From Leptolyngbyaceae cyanobacterium (GTDB lineage: Bacteria; Cyanobacteriota; Cyanobacteriia; Phormidesmidales; Phormidesmidaceae): DNA of 64,000 bases. Under the pieces are notes generated by a model. It ran no database searches. It was not told where the DNA came from and was given only the letters and a program-made list of their open reading frames with translations. This document shows positions 49,969-60,054 of the stretch, one piece after another (position 1 is the stretch's first letter; each line of letters begins with the position of its first letter). The position numbers and the translations under genes are program-made. The stretch lies in assembly GCA_965263355.1 (NCBI GenBank), contig CBDHHL010000056.1, forward strand, positions 1,536,001 to 1,600,000, given 5' to 3'.

Positions 49969-51093
49969 GTGACCTGTATGCCGTCGTCACTTTCCCTATA
50001 TTTTGATTTTGTTCGAGCTTTAGCTGCCATTATTGTGGTTCTCCATCACTATAGTCAACATCTGGTAAAAGCAGAGTTTGGTCGCGTTGTGTTTCCCCAC
50101 CTGGGCCAAGAAGCCGTCATCACCTTTTTTGTTTTATCAGGCTTTGTTATTAGCTGGGTTGTTGATACTAGACGCCCATCTATTAGTGATTTTTTGATCA
50201 AGCGATTGGCTCGTTTTTATTCAGTCATGTTGCCAGCGATTGCCGTCTTAGGCATTTGTTTTTTGGTCACGATGCAGATTGACCCTAAACTCTATCAATA
50301 TCAGGGAGATGGAGAACACTTTTGGCTAAAATCCCTATTTACCCTTGGATTTGTGAACTTTAATTCAGTGGTTTATCAGGTGAAATTACCAGGTGGCAGT
50401 CCTTTCTGGAGTTTGACCTATGAGTTTTGGTACTACATTGTCTTTGCGCTGTGGGTGTTTTCTAAACGCTGGTGGATATCCATCGTTAGTACCATCAGCA
50501 TCTTTATGTTTTTAGGATGGGATGCATTTTTACTATGGCCAGTTTGGCTCATGGGTGTAGCCATCTACTGGCTCAGCAAACGGATTACCCTGACACCCTT
50601 TAAAGCAAAGCTCCTGTTTGGTCTGAGCCTGGGCTTGATCATCAACCTATATTTCACCGGCTGGCGCTACAGTCTCCTTTCCCTTGAGACCTATTTTACT
50701 AATATCCATTTCATTGACATAGACGGCCTCCGCTATGCCAAAGCGGCCCCCTATTTTCTATGCCTTGGTTTATTGATGGGACTCAATTTCCTGGCCGTTA
50801 AAGCCTGGTCCACCAAACACTTGCTCCAAGTACCTAAAAGGCTAGAAAAGGAAATTCGTCACTTAGCTGGCGTTTCCTTTACGCTTTACCTCATACATGT
50901 ACCCATCATGCTGTTGCTCAGAGGAGTGCTAAATGGGTATGGGTTCCATTTTTTGATCCCTGCCCTCACCATTGTGATTGTGTATCTGATTGGCCGTCCC
51001 ATCGAGAACTCTAAGACCTGGTACAGAAAGCATCTGCAAATTTTGAGCCGCCAGTTGATCGCCATTACACCATTACGAGGAAATCGTGCCTAA
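49969..51093 (+). CDS. Acyltransferase family 3 (OafA-like) membrane protein
   Basis: DFVRALAAIIVVLHH, FFVLSGFVI, KRLARFY, FWSLTYEFWYY, SFTLYLIH. Confidence 0.9.
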   Translation: MTCMPSSLSLYFDFVRALAAIIVVLHHYSQHLVKAEFGRVVFPHLGQEAVITFFVLSGFVISWVVDTRRPSISDFLIKRLARFYSVMLPAIAVLGICFLVTMQIDPKLYQYQGDGEHFWLKSLFTLGFVNFNSVVYQVKLPGGSPFWSLTYEFWYYIVFALWVFSKRWWISIVSTISIFMFLGWDAFLLWPVWLMGVAIYWLSKRITLTPFKAKLLFGLSLGLIINLYFTGWRYSLLSLETYFTNIHFIDIDGLRYAKAAPYFLCLGLLMGLNFLAVKAWSTKHLLQVPKRLEKEIRHLAGVSFTLYLIHVPIMLLLRGVLNGYGFHFLIPALTIVIVYLIGRPIENSKTWYRKHLQILSRQLIAITPLRGNRA

Positions 51094-51168
51094 CAGGGTG
51101 GACAATGCCCACTAGCCAAAATATTTACCCACAATCCAGCAACATCCACCGTCCAAAATCGCCCACCG

Positions 51169-51801
51169 TTATCCAACACTGCTACGCTGCTTGCTACCAT
51201 AGGCCTTCCAAGCCAAATCAATCAGACCGTTCACAATTGCCACAGCGACCACGGTACTCCCCTTACGGCCACCGATACAAATGCTAGGCATCAGGCTATC
51301 TTTCAACCGGGATTTAGTCACTTCTGCTTTCAAAAAACCAGCAGGGGTGGCGATCACCAAGGCCGGTCGAATCACATCGTTTTCAATCAGCTGGACTAAA
51401 CTATCCAGGGCTGGCTGCGAATGGCCGATGACAAAAATAGCCTCTGGATAACGCTTTGCCAGGGTTTCCAGACCCCAAGCAGCTCTGGACTGATCCTTTT
51501 GCGGTCGGGTAATGGCATCCATCGCGCAATAGACCGGATTGGCAAAGGTTTCCTGGAGTCTTGGGGTAATCCCAGCTTGAGCCATGGGACCATCCACCAC
51601 CACCGTAGTCCGGGCTGCGAGCGCGGCAGCCCCAGACTGTAGAGCTTGATCTGAAAACTGGATCAGAGCCTTGTACTCATAATCTGCGGTGGCATAAATG
51701 ACCCGACGCACGATTTCATATTCAGCTGGAGCAAATGTATGCTCACCTATTTCTTGATCAATGATGCGTAAACTCTGTGCATCGGTAACATGCCATTCCA
51801 T
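51169..51801 (-). CDS. cobH: Precorrin-8X methylmutase (CobH/CbiC)-family protein, divergent
   Basis: SLRIIDQEIG, IVRRVIYATAD, PALVIATPAGF, GRKGSTVVAVAIVNGL. Confidence 0.8.
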   Translation of the reverse strand: MEWHVTDAQSLRIIDQEIGEHTFAPAEYEIVRRVIYATADYEYKALIQFSDQALQSGAAALAARTTVVVDGPMAQAGITPRLQETFANPVYCAMDAITRPQKDQSRAAWGLETLAKRYPEAIFVIGHSQPALDSLVQLIENDVIRPALVIATPAGFLKAEVTKSRLKDSLMPSICIGGRKGSTVVAVAIVNGLIDLAWKAYGSKQRSSVG

Positions 51802-52239
51802 AAGTGCTGCCTGCAGGTTCCGCTAGTTTCGATAGACTAGCATCGTCATTATATTCTCAGGCATCCAGACTACATCAATATACAATGTTGCAATTTTTTC
51901 GTAGCCCAGCCTACGGGCCTACAGTCATCAGGCTAGTAAGTACAAATGCTTATCCTTAAGTGCCGATGAGCTAAGGCTTTAGGGGGATTTCAGGCCGCTG
52001 ATTCTACCAATTTTTTTAGCCATTTAGTGGGGTGAAGAGGCGTTGAATCCACTGCTCTGCGTGATCTACACCGTACCCTCCGTCTGATATTCTGAAGCTA
52101 TCAAAGGCGCTCATATAGTTTTAATGCCACTGTTGGTTCTAGGAACGATGCTGGGGAGTGGACTATTGCAGTGCCTCTCGCAGTCCTACAATCAGCAGTG
52201 CCGTCTTGGTAAAAGCAGGCAGTTTGGAGGAAATACGCA

Positions 52240-53277
52240 GTGGAAAGTACCCTCGGATTAGAGATTATTGAAGTTGTCGAGCAGGCTGCGATCGCATCTG
52301 CTCGCTGGATGGGTAAAGGTGAAAAGGATATTGCTGACGAAGTGGCTGTAGAAGCCATGCGTGAGCGCATGAACCAGATTCACATGCGCGGCAAGATCGT
52401 AATTGGTGAAGGTGAGCGTGATGATGCTCCCATGCTTTACATCGGTGAGGAAGTCGGTGTTTGCACCCAGCCCAATGCTGAAGAGGTTTGTAACCCCGAC
52501 GAGCTAATCGAAATCGACATTGCCGTTGACCCTTGCGAAGGGACTAACCTTTGTGCATACGGTCAGCCCGGTTCCATGGCTGTCTTAGCCATTTCCGAAA
52601 AAGGTGGTTTGTTTGCCGCTCCTGACTTCTACATGAATAAGCTAGCCGCTCCCCCGGCAGCTAAGGGCAAAGTAGACATCTCCAAGTCTCCCACTGAGAA
52701 CCTGAAGATTTTGGCTGAGTGCCTAGACCGCGCTATCGACGAGCTTGTGGTTGTGGTCATGAAGCGTTCCCGCCACGACGACCTGATTAAGGAAATCCGT
52801 GATGCGGGTGCTCGTGTTCGTCTAATTAGCGATGGTGACGTATCCGCTGCTATTTCCTGTGGTTTCTCTGGGACTAATACCCACGCTCTGATGGGCATCG
52901 GCGCGGCACCTGAGGGTGTGATTTCCGCTGCCGCTATGCGTTGCCTGGGCGGTCACTTCCAGGGTCAGCTAATTTACGACCCTGAGATCGTAAAGACTGG
53001 TCTGATTGGCGAGAGCAAGGAAGCTAACCTAGAGCGTCTGTCATCTATGGGCATCGAAGACCCCGACAAGATTTACAGTGCTGAAGAGTTAGCCTGTGGT
53101 GAGACTGTTCTATTTGCGGGCTGCGGTATTACACCGGGTCTACTAATGAACGGCGTTCGCTTCTTTAAGGGCGGTGCTCGTACCCAGTCTCTAGTAATTT
53201 CCAACCAGTCCAAGACTGCTCGCTTTGTGGACACCATCCACATGGCTAACAACCCCAGCTGGGTTTCCTTGAAGTAG
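52240..53277 (+). CDS. glpX: Class II fructose-1,6-/sedoheptulose-1,7-bisphosphatase
   Basis: [44 protein letters not shown]. Confidence 0.97.
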   Translation: MESTLGLEIIEVVEQAAIASARWMGKGEKDIADEVAVEAMRERMNQIHMRGKIVIGEGERDDAPMLYIGEEVGVCTQPNAEEVCNPDELIEIDIAVDPCEGTNLCAYGQPGSMAVLAISEKGGLFAAPDFYMNKLAAPPAAKGKVDISKSPTENLKILAECLDRAIDELVVVVMKRSRHDDLIKEIRDAGARVRLISDGDVSAAISCGFSGTNTHALMGIGAAPEGVISAAAMRCLGGHFQGQLIYDPEIVKTGLIGESKEANLERLSSMGIEDPDKIYSAEELACGETVLFAGCGITPGLLMNGVRFFKGGARTQSLVISNQSKTARFVDTIHMANNPSWVSLK

Positions 53278-53292
53278 TCCTGAGGTAAATGA

Positions 53293-53318
53293 GTAGGGTA
53301 CGTTACAACGCACCCTAT
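53293..53318 (+). repeat. GTAG-type REP-like hairpin after glpX
   Basis: GTAGGGTACGTTACAACGCACCCTAT. Confidence 0.6.
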
Positions 53319-53337
53319 TGAAATAATTTGTCTTAAA

Positions 53338-53371
53338 AACACTCTGGCTATTTGTCAATAGCTGGAGTGTT
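53338..53371 (+). terminator. Probable terminator hairpin after glpX
   Basis: AACACTCTGGCTATT-TGTC-AATAGCTGGAGTGTT stem with G-U pairs, followed by CTTGT. Confidence 0.6.
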
Positions 53372-53665
53372 CTTGTGTCTATATGTCATTTGGTAACGGT
53401 TGGCACCAAATGATGGACTTTTGTTGAGAAACCTTGAGTTGGGGGTCGGTTTTTCTCTAACTTCAATACGTAGCGGGTCTAGTGCGGTATCGCTAGGGCG
53501 CTGATTTCATCAACTTTGAAGATAATTACGTTTACTGCGATCGTCCATTAATGGGCATGTCGGGCTTTATAATCACGTCCAGGTTGAAACCTGCAGGGCC
53601 TTCTGCAGAAAAGTGACGGTTCTGGACGTTGACAGGGTTTAAAAAGGATCTTTTTGGGAGGAAGA

Positions 53666-54955
53666 ATGAATATTGCCGTTATTGGCCTTAGCCATAAGAC
53701 TGCACCGGTAGAGGTTCGGGAAAAACTCAGCATCCCCACACCTAAAATTGAAGGTGCGATCGCAAGACTCACTAGCTATCCCCACGTCAAAGAAGTTTCC
53801 ATCCTCAGTACCTGCAACCGTCTAGAGCTACATGTAGTTTTGGATGACACCGAAAACGGCGTTCGCGAAGTCATCCAGTTTTTGGCTGAGTACAGTGACC
53901 TCCCTATCGATGAGCTTCGTCCCCACTTATTTATCCTGATCCAGCAAGATGCCATCATGCATCTGCTCCGCGTCTCTTCTGGCCTCGATAGCCTGGTATT
54001 AGGCGAAGGCCAGATTTTAGCTCAGGTGAAGCATTCTTTAGCAGAAAGCCAAAAATACAAAGGTGTAGGGCGTATCCTAAGTCGCCTGTTTAAAGACGCG
54101 ATTAAGACCGGTAAGCGGGTGCGTACCGAAACCAGCATTGGTACTGGTGCAGTTTCCGTTAGCTCTGCTGCTGCTGAGTTGGCCCAGATGAAAATTCCTG
54201 ACTTCACCAACTGCCACATCACCATTATCGGTGCCGGTAAAATGGGTCGTCTGCTAGTGAAGCACCTAGTCTCTAAGCGGGCTGTAAACATTACCCTGTT
54301 AAACCGCAGCATCAAGCGTGCCGATGATCTGGCTGCTGAGTACAGCCATGTGAACATCAAGACCGGCACCATGGATAGTATGGAAGCCGCTGTAACCAAA
54401 GCGGATGTCGTCTTCACCTGTACGTCTTCTGAAGAGCCTGTGCTGCACCGTGATAATGTTAAGCCTTGCTTAGTCGGTCGTCCTTTGAGCCTGTTTGATA
54501 TCTCTGTTCCCCGTAATGTTCACAAGAATGTTGAGGAACTAAACGGTGTTAAAGCTTACACCGTTGATGACCTCAAAGAAGTTGTCGCCAAGAATCAAGA
54601 AAGTCGTCGCAAGATGGCCCAGGAAGCTGAAGGCATTCTGGAGCAGGAATTAGCTCAATTTATGAAGTGGTTTGGTTCCCTGGATACGGTTTCCACCATC
54701 AGCAGCCTACGCACTAAGGTAGAAGCCATCCGTGAGCAGGAGCTAGAGAAAGCCTTATCTCGTCTGGGTGCTGACTTCTCCGATAAGCATCGCAACGTGG
54801 TAGAAGCCCTATCGCGCGGTATCGTCAACAAGATTTTGCACGACCCCATGACCCAGCTACGGGCCCAGGAAGACGCTGAGTCCCGTAAGCAAGCCATGGA
54901 AACCCTGCAGGTGCTGTTTAACCTGGAAGAGAAAAAGGCCGCCGCTAAGAAATAA
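53666..54955 (+). CDS. hemA: Glutamyl-tRNA reductase
   Basis: [60 protein letters not shown] lies upstream of ATG 53666. Confidence 0.97.
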   Translation: MNIAVIGLSHKTAPVEVREKLSIPTPKIEGAIARLTSYPHVKEVSILSTCNRLELHVVLDDTENGVREVIQFLAEYSDLPIDELRPHLFILIQQDAIMHLLRVSSGLDSLVLGEGQILAQVKHSLAESQKYKGVGRILSRLFKDAIKTGKRVRTETSIGTGAVSVSSAAAELAQMKIPDFTNCHITIIGAGKMGRLLVKHLVSKRAVNITLLNRSIKRADDLAAEYSHVNIKTGTMDSMEAAVTKADVVFTCTSSEEPVLHRDNVKPCLVGRPLSLFDISVPRNVHKNVEELNGVKAYTVDDLKEVVAKNQESRRKMAQEAEGILEQELAQFMKWFGSLDTVSTISSLRTKVEAIREQELEKALSRLGADFSDKHRNVVEALSRGIVNKILHDPMTQLRAQEDAESRKQAMETLQVLFNLEEKKAAAKK

Positions 54956-54969
54956 GGTACCCCAGATAT

Positions 54970-55028
54970 CCCTTCCCTGGGAAGGGCCTTACGTCCACCC
55001 ATAGGGGCATTGCATGCAATGCCCCTAT
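54970..55028. repeat. Hairpin plus perfect 28-bp REP-like palindrome after hemA
   Basis: CCCTTCCC-T-GGGAAGGG (54970-54986) and ATAGGGGCATTGCATGCAATGCCCCTAT (55001-55028). Confidence 0.75.
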
Positions 55029-55061
55029 ATTATTGTTGCAGACAATCGCTAGGGTTTTGAC

Positions 55062-55788
55062 ATGTTGCGTCGTCTGATTTTGTTATTAATTACCATCGTT
55101 TGTCTAGGGTGTACCCAGGCCAATATTGCTACCACTGATAGCATCTATAGCTACAAACAACCCAGCAGCGACGGCATCGGTAAAGTCTACATGGGTCGCG
55201 AAATTGCCCAGGTTATGGGCCACCAGGGAGCCTACTGGTTAGAACGCCCTAGCCGTGAGGCAGACGAACGACCTGATATGGCAGTGGAGGCCCTGAAACT
55301 CAAGTCAACGGATACGGTGGCCGATATTGGCGCAGGTACAGGCTATATGAGTTTTCGGATGGCGCGTCAGGTGCCTGAGGGTCAGGTACTCGCCGTAGAT
55401 TTGCAGCCAGAGATGATTGAGATTTGCAGCCTGATTGGCAGAGGGTCGTGAGCAGCAAGGTCTTACCAACGTGCAAACCATTCAGGCCGAGGAAGACAAC
55501 CCACATTTGCCATTCGAGCAAGTCGACCTGGCGCTAATGGTGGATGCATACCATGAGTTTGAGGCTCCTCGGGAGGTGATGATTGGCATAGTGGATGCGT
55601 TAAAGCCTGGTGGTCGTGTGGTGCTGGCGGAATATCGGGCAGAGAATCCGCTGATTATGATCAAGCGGCTACACAAAATGAGTGAGGCACAAGTTAAGAA
55701 AGAAATGGCCGCAGTAGGCTTGACCTGGGTAAAAACAGATGAACGATTGCCGCAGCAGCACTTGTTATTCTTTCAAAAAGCGGCCTAG
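55062..55788 (+). pseudogene. Exported/lipoprotein SAM-dependent methyltransferase, frameshifted
   Basis: ORF 55062-55451 (LGC lipobox-like, VADIGAGTGY, AVDLQPEM) and ORF 55435-55788 (MVDAYHEF, LKPGG) are two halves of one gene; removing the 10 bp at 55425-55434 restores PEMIEILAEG. Confidence 0.87.
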
Positions 55789-55834
55789 AAAGGATGGCTG
55801 CAATGCTTATTAACAAGTCTAGCCCCCATGAGTG

Positions 55835-56413
55835 CTAAGTATCATCAGCCTCAAAATTGGCTGCGTACTGACCATACCCTTCTGCGTCCAAATCAGCTAG
55901 AGGAATAAAGCGTAGGGCTGCAGAATTCATACAGTAGCGCAAACCTGTTGGTGCAGGGCCATCTTTAAAGACATGTCCCAGATGGGAATCAGCCTGACGA
56001 CTACGCACTTCAGTCCGTAACATAAAGAACGAACGGTCTTCTACCGTAACAATATTGGCCGGTTCGAGCGGTTGGAAAAAAGAAGGCCAGCCTGTCCCCG
56101 ATGCAAACTTATCTAGGGAGGAGAAAAGTGGTTCCCCCGATACCACATCGACATAGATACCTGGCTGTTTGTTGTTCCAGTAGGCATTTCTAAAGGGGGG
56201 TTCGGTGTCATCTTTTTGTGTGACAGCATACTGCTGCTCTGTCAGCATAGCCTTCAAAGCCTCTGCATCCGGCTTCTGAAACGCAACATCGTTGGTTTCC
56301 AGGGCGATACTTGGTGCCATCGACAGAGTAGCTTTTTTAGGATAGATCGGCGCAAAGAGAGTTACCCCCACTATCAGTAAACAGAACAGAATAATCCCGT
56401 AAAGTCGTTTCAT
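55835..56413 (-). CDS. msrB: Peptide-methionine (R)-S-oxide reductase, with signal peptide
   Basis: [33 protein letters not shown]. Confidence 0.95.
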   Translation of the reverse strand: MKRLYGIILFCLLIVGVTLFAPIYPKKATLSMAPSIALETNDVAFQKPDAEALKAMLTEQQYAVTQKDDTEPPFRNAYWNNKQPGIYVDVVSGEPLFSSLDKFASGTGWPSFFQPLEPANIVTVEDRSFFMLRTEVRSRQADSHLGHVFKDGPAPTGLRYCMNSAALRFIPLADLDAEGYGQYAANFEADDT

Positions 56414-56457
56414 TAGCCCTTTAATAACAACAGCTTAAACAGTGAAAAACCTGGATC

Positions 56458-56664
56458 TTAACGCGCCAAGTCATGTGATGATAGCAACTCCCTCACCCAA
56501 CTGCGTAGTGACTGAATTAACTGATTCTCAGTATCCGCTAACATGGCCCGATAGGTTTGCCAGGTAATATTGGGTAAAACAACGAGTTGCGTAAGTTGCC
56601 CCTCTACGTTTTCTAGGTCTAACTCACTAACCTGAGTTGAAATCATCACCATGGCCAAGGCCAA
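56458..56664 (-). pseudogene. Probable Uma2-family remnant with an in-frame internal deletion
   Basis: The Uma2-type N-terminus VVLPNITWQTYRAMLAD is fused directly to the Uma2-type C-terminus ENQLIQSLRSWVRE. Confidence 0.6.
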
Positions 56665-56753
56665 ACACAGCCATAATTACCTTCTACAAGGTCTAAATAG
56701 GGAATTTACCCATGCTGATTTGAAGTGATCCTTAATTCGATTTCTTTCAATCT

Positions 56754-57218
56754 ATGGATAGTTCCTTCGAGCGTCTCTTTGACTATTTTTGGTTACTGGC
56801 CATTCTGACGAATGTCCTCAACACGATTATTATTTGGGTTAAAACGCGACCCTATGTCAAACAAAAGCCAGAGTTGGCTCCAGGGTACAGCACCCTGATT
56901 AGGGGATTTTTCTTCTGGGTCAATGTACCTTGGGTGGTTATGGGAGCTGGCTTCTTATTCGGCAAAGTTCCCAGTATTGGAGCCTTTTTTGAGCCTCAAT
57001 TACAAAATTCTTTTGTGCTGGCCTGGTGGGGAACGATGTTCCTGCTGTATGGTCTGGGCACCTACTGGATTTTGTGGAATGGTGGGGCAGAAATGCTGGT
57101 CAAACATCCAGGTTTCTTGCGGCAAACCCCATCAAATCCTAAAATTATCAAGCTATTTTGGCTGTTAGCTTTGGCAGGTGGAGTCACCGCATCAGTAATG
57201 GTCTTATCCTCCAGATGA
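56754..57218 (+). CDS. Hypothetical membrane protein (about 4 TM)
   Basis: ATG start and four hydrophobic segments. Confidence 0.75.
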   Translation: MDSSFERLFDYFWLLAILTNVLNTIIIWVKTRPYVKQKPELAPGYSTLIRGFFFWVNVPWVVMGAGFLFGKVPSIGAFFEPQLQNSFVLAWWGTMFLLYGLGTYWILWNGGAEMLVKHPGFLRQTPSNPKIIKLFWLLALAGGVTASVMVLSSR

Positions 57219-57643
57219 TTATCCCCGTCTATCTCTTAGACGAATTGTCTCCTCGGTACCCATAAGCACCTGTAACCGATTCCCTAACGGATTAATCAGT
57301 CGATTTCCGCCGGTTGTTGTCTCCAGACTCGCTACGACAACTACTGACTGTCCATAGGGTAATGTCTCACGTTCAAAATCCTTAAATACACTCTCCACGT
57401 CACCCCACCTGTCCAAAGGGAAAGGATAGATCTCATCTTTCGGCTCATGAACGTAACCTGGCTGACATTTTTAACAGGCTTCCTGACCTTAGTTTTCAAA
57501 TTGCCTGGGTTAAATGCAACCAATGATCCCAGAAAATCAAACTAACTTGAAATTCTTTGCTCAAGGTTAAATTTATCACTGTTGACAATGCAACACTAAT
57601 TATCCATAGTTCGCAGTGGAGCGTTGATTCTCAGAAGTTGATC

Positions 57644-58741
57644 ATGAAACGTGTTCTCGCCTGTCTGATTTTAACCATTGCCCTATGTTTAGCCGGGGCT
57701 ATGCCTGCCACTGCTGCTGCTAACAATGTTGTTGAGTTTCCGTTAGCATGGCCCAACAAAAATACAAGTGATTGTGCCAATAAAGTTGGTTCTACCCATG
57801 AAATCACCTATGACCCTAATGGCGGGGATGTCCTGTGGATAACAGGACAAAATTATGATGAAATTGCCCGTGTCACATCGGATGGAGCAGTTAATTTTTT
57901 TAATATGCCCACCAAAAGTGGTCCCCATGGCATTGAATTTGATGCCGATGGCCACCTTTGGGTCTCATTGGAATTTGCAGGCTCTGTAGTCCAAATTTCA
58001 CCAGATGGAGAAATTTTAAAAACTATTGATGTAAAACTTTATGCTGATGGAGCGAAAGATCCCATCAATACCCATCCCCATGGATTAGGCCTGGGGGTAG
58101 ATGGTCATACCCTATGGTTTACAGGCAAAAAGACTAATACATTGGGCAAAATTAACCCTGATGGCTCCGTTGAGCACTTTGAACTGCCTACGGTCGGTGC
58201 AGTGCCTATTTATCTGGCCACTGGTCCCGATGGTAACATTTGGTCCACCGAGCTTGTCGGTAACCATATTGCTCGCATCACTCCAACAGGGGATGTCAAA
58301 GAGTTTGGAATTCCCACCCACAACAGTCGACCGATCGCCATTGTTCGAGGCCCTGATGGCCAATCTATGTGGTTTAGTGAAGAAGCAGGGAATAAGGTTG
58401 CTCGCATTGACATGGATGGCCATATTACTGAATTTCCTGTGCCAATTCCCCAAGCGAATTTTATTCTTGCTGGAATGGCCTTCGATAAACAAGGAAACCT
58501 GTGGACCCATGGCTATGTGGATCAGAATGATCCATTTCCAGAAGGCCCAGACTACATTGTCAAATTTGACGCGGCTATTACCACGGCTACCCCTGGAGAC
58601 CTATCGCAAATACCCATTACCTATTACCAGGTGCCATCTCGCAAAACGATTATGCACCGCATCACTCAGGGGCCAGACGGCAACATCTGGTTTACTGAAC
58701 TAGGCATTGATAAACTTGGCAAGCTGGTTGAGAGATTGTAG
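57644..58741 (+). CDS. Secreted Vgb (virginiamycin B lyase)-like beta-propeller
   Basis: Signal peptide MKRVLACLILTIALCLAGAMPATA; repeated P..I..GPDG..WF.E blades; PHG motifs. Confidence 0.85.
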   Translation: MKRVLACLILTIALCLAGAMPATAAANNVVEFPLAWPNKNTSDCANKVGSTHEITYDPNGGDVLWITGQNYDEIARVTSDGAVNFFNMPTKSGPHGIEFDADGHLWVSLEFAGSVVQISPDGEILKTIDVKLYADGAKDPINTHPHGLGLGVDGHTLWFTGKKTNTLGKINPDGSVEHFELPTVGAVPIYLATGPDGNIWSTELVGNHIARITPTGDVKEFGIPTHNSRPIAIVRGPDGQSMWFSEEAGNKVARIDMDGHITEFPVPIPQANFILAGMAFDKQGNLWTHGYVDQNDPFPEGPDYIVKFDAAITTATPGDLSQIPITYYQVPSRKTIMHRITQGPDGNIWFTELGIDKLGKLVERL

Positions 58742-58924
58742 GGTCAGCGTGCCCTATGGGCACGCATTAATCAAGGCCAAACTTTACCTCTAGCATCAGA
58801 AGATCTGGACGGTGGATTACCTCACTTGGCATGAACTTATCCTGTTGTCAGCCCTGCCTCATCTCTAACCCTACGGAATTTAGTACACTCTTGCCTAAGC
58901 TGTCATCGATCTTAGGTCCTGATA

Positions 58925-59926
58925 ATGAGCGAAATTCCGGCTAATCAACCAAGCTTTGGTAATCCCAAAATCATGCTAGTGGCCTCCCGTGCCCTGGCCG
59001 CATCGCGTCCATCTCTGATCGCCTTTTTAGTAGCCCAGGGGGCTGCCTTAAGCGGTGGCATTGCTGATGCAATCTCCTTTTGCAATGTGCTGTTTGTCGG
59101 CAACTTTTGTGCCTCTCTAGTGGTGGGTTTCTGGTTTGGCTTTGGCAATATTCTCAACGACTTTAAATCGCTGAAGCCCATGGCCATGGCGGGCCTGATC
59201 CTAAATGGCTGCTTAGCCACGTTACTATCTGGCTTAATTTTTACCGGGTTACAATACACTACCGTAACCAACGCTGTCTTACTAGGGCGGCTGGGTCCCG
59301 TGCTATTTGCCTTAGTGGGTGCCGTACTACTGGGTAAAAAGATCCGCAACCTTGAATGGTTGGGCTTTTCTCTTATTGTGGTTGGTGTCATCGCTACTGC
59401 CTTAAAAACTAGCAATTTTCAAGTCAATAAAGGCGATTTTTATATTTTGCTCTCAACGGTGGTATTTGCAGCAGCATCCTTAGTCAATCGCTTAATGATT
59501 GCCAAAACTGCGACCTTACCTGTGGTTGTATTTTCACGCAATTTTATATCTTCAATTTTCTTTTTCTTTATCGCCATCCGACTCTTTGGGCCAGAGCACT
59601 TTGGCGATGCCTTTAGTGGCCAGTTATGGATCATCATGGCCATCTATTCATTGATTGTGATTGTATTTGCCCAATTCCTTTGGTATGCATCCGTTGATAA
59701 GTTAGATTCTCGGACCATCGGACGTTTAACGGTGCTGTCTCCTATTTTTGGTGTTACCTATGCTTTTGTACTCAACGGAGAACGTCCCTCCTCTATTCAG
59801 GTTGTGACATTAATCATTGTGATTGTTGGGGTATTAATTGCCAGCCTCGGGGGACGGCAGCAAAAAACAACATCAACCATGGACATGATGATGGAAGAAC
59901 CTGAAAATGCGGCATCTGCACCATAG
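58925..59926 (+). CDS. EamA/DMT-family transporter
   Basis: About 10 TMs in two repeats; GLQYTTVTNAVLL, GDFYILLS, LSPIFGV..AFVLNGERP. Confidence 0.88.
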   Translation: MSEIPANQPSFGNPKIMLVASRALAASRPSLIAFLVAQGAALSGGIADAISFCNVLFVGNFCASLVVGFWFGFGNILNDFKSLKPMAMAGLILNGCLATLLSGLIFTGLQYTTVTNAVLLGRLGPVLFALVGAVLLGKKIRNLEWLGFSLIVVGVIATALKTSNFQVNKGDFYILLSTVVFAAASLVNRLMIAKTATLPVVVFSRNFISSIFFFFIAIRLFGPEHFGDAFSGQLWIIMAIYSLIVIVFAQFLWYASVDKLDSRTIGRLTVLSPIFGVTYAFVLNGERPSSIQVVTLIIVIVGVLIASLGGRQQKTTSTMDMMMEEPENAASAP

Positions 59927-60054
59927 ATCCATAGTTCTCATTAGTTCTCATTTTTTTTCGAGACGTTAAGCCTGTGGTCGGAGTGTACCCAGGCTGATTT
60001 CATATTTCTAGTTTTTTATGCTGTTATGCTGCTGAAACACCTGAAGGGGTCCCT

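Noticed and set aside
58101..58703. 200-aa alternative-frame ORF inside the Vgb-like gene
   Set aside because: Fully nested and out of frame, with no motif; most likely a chance open frame.
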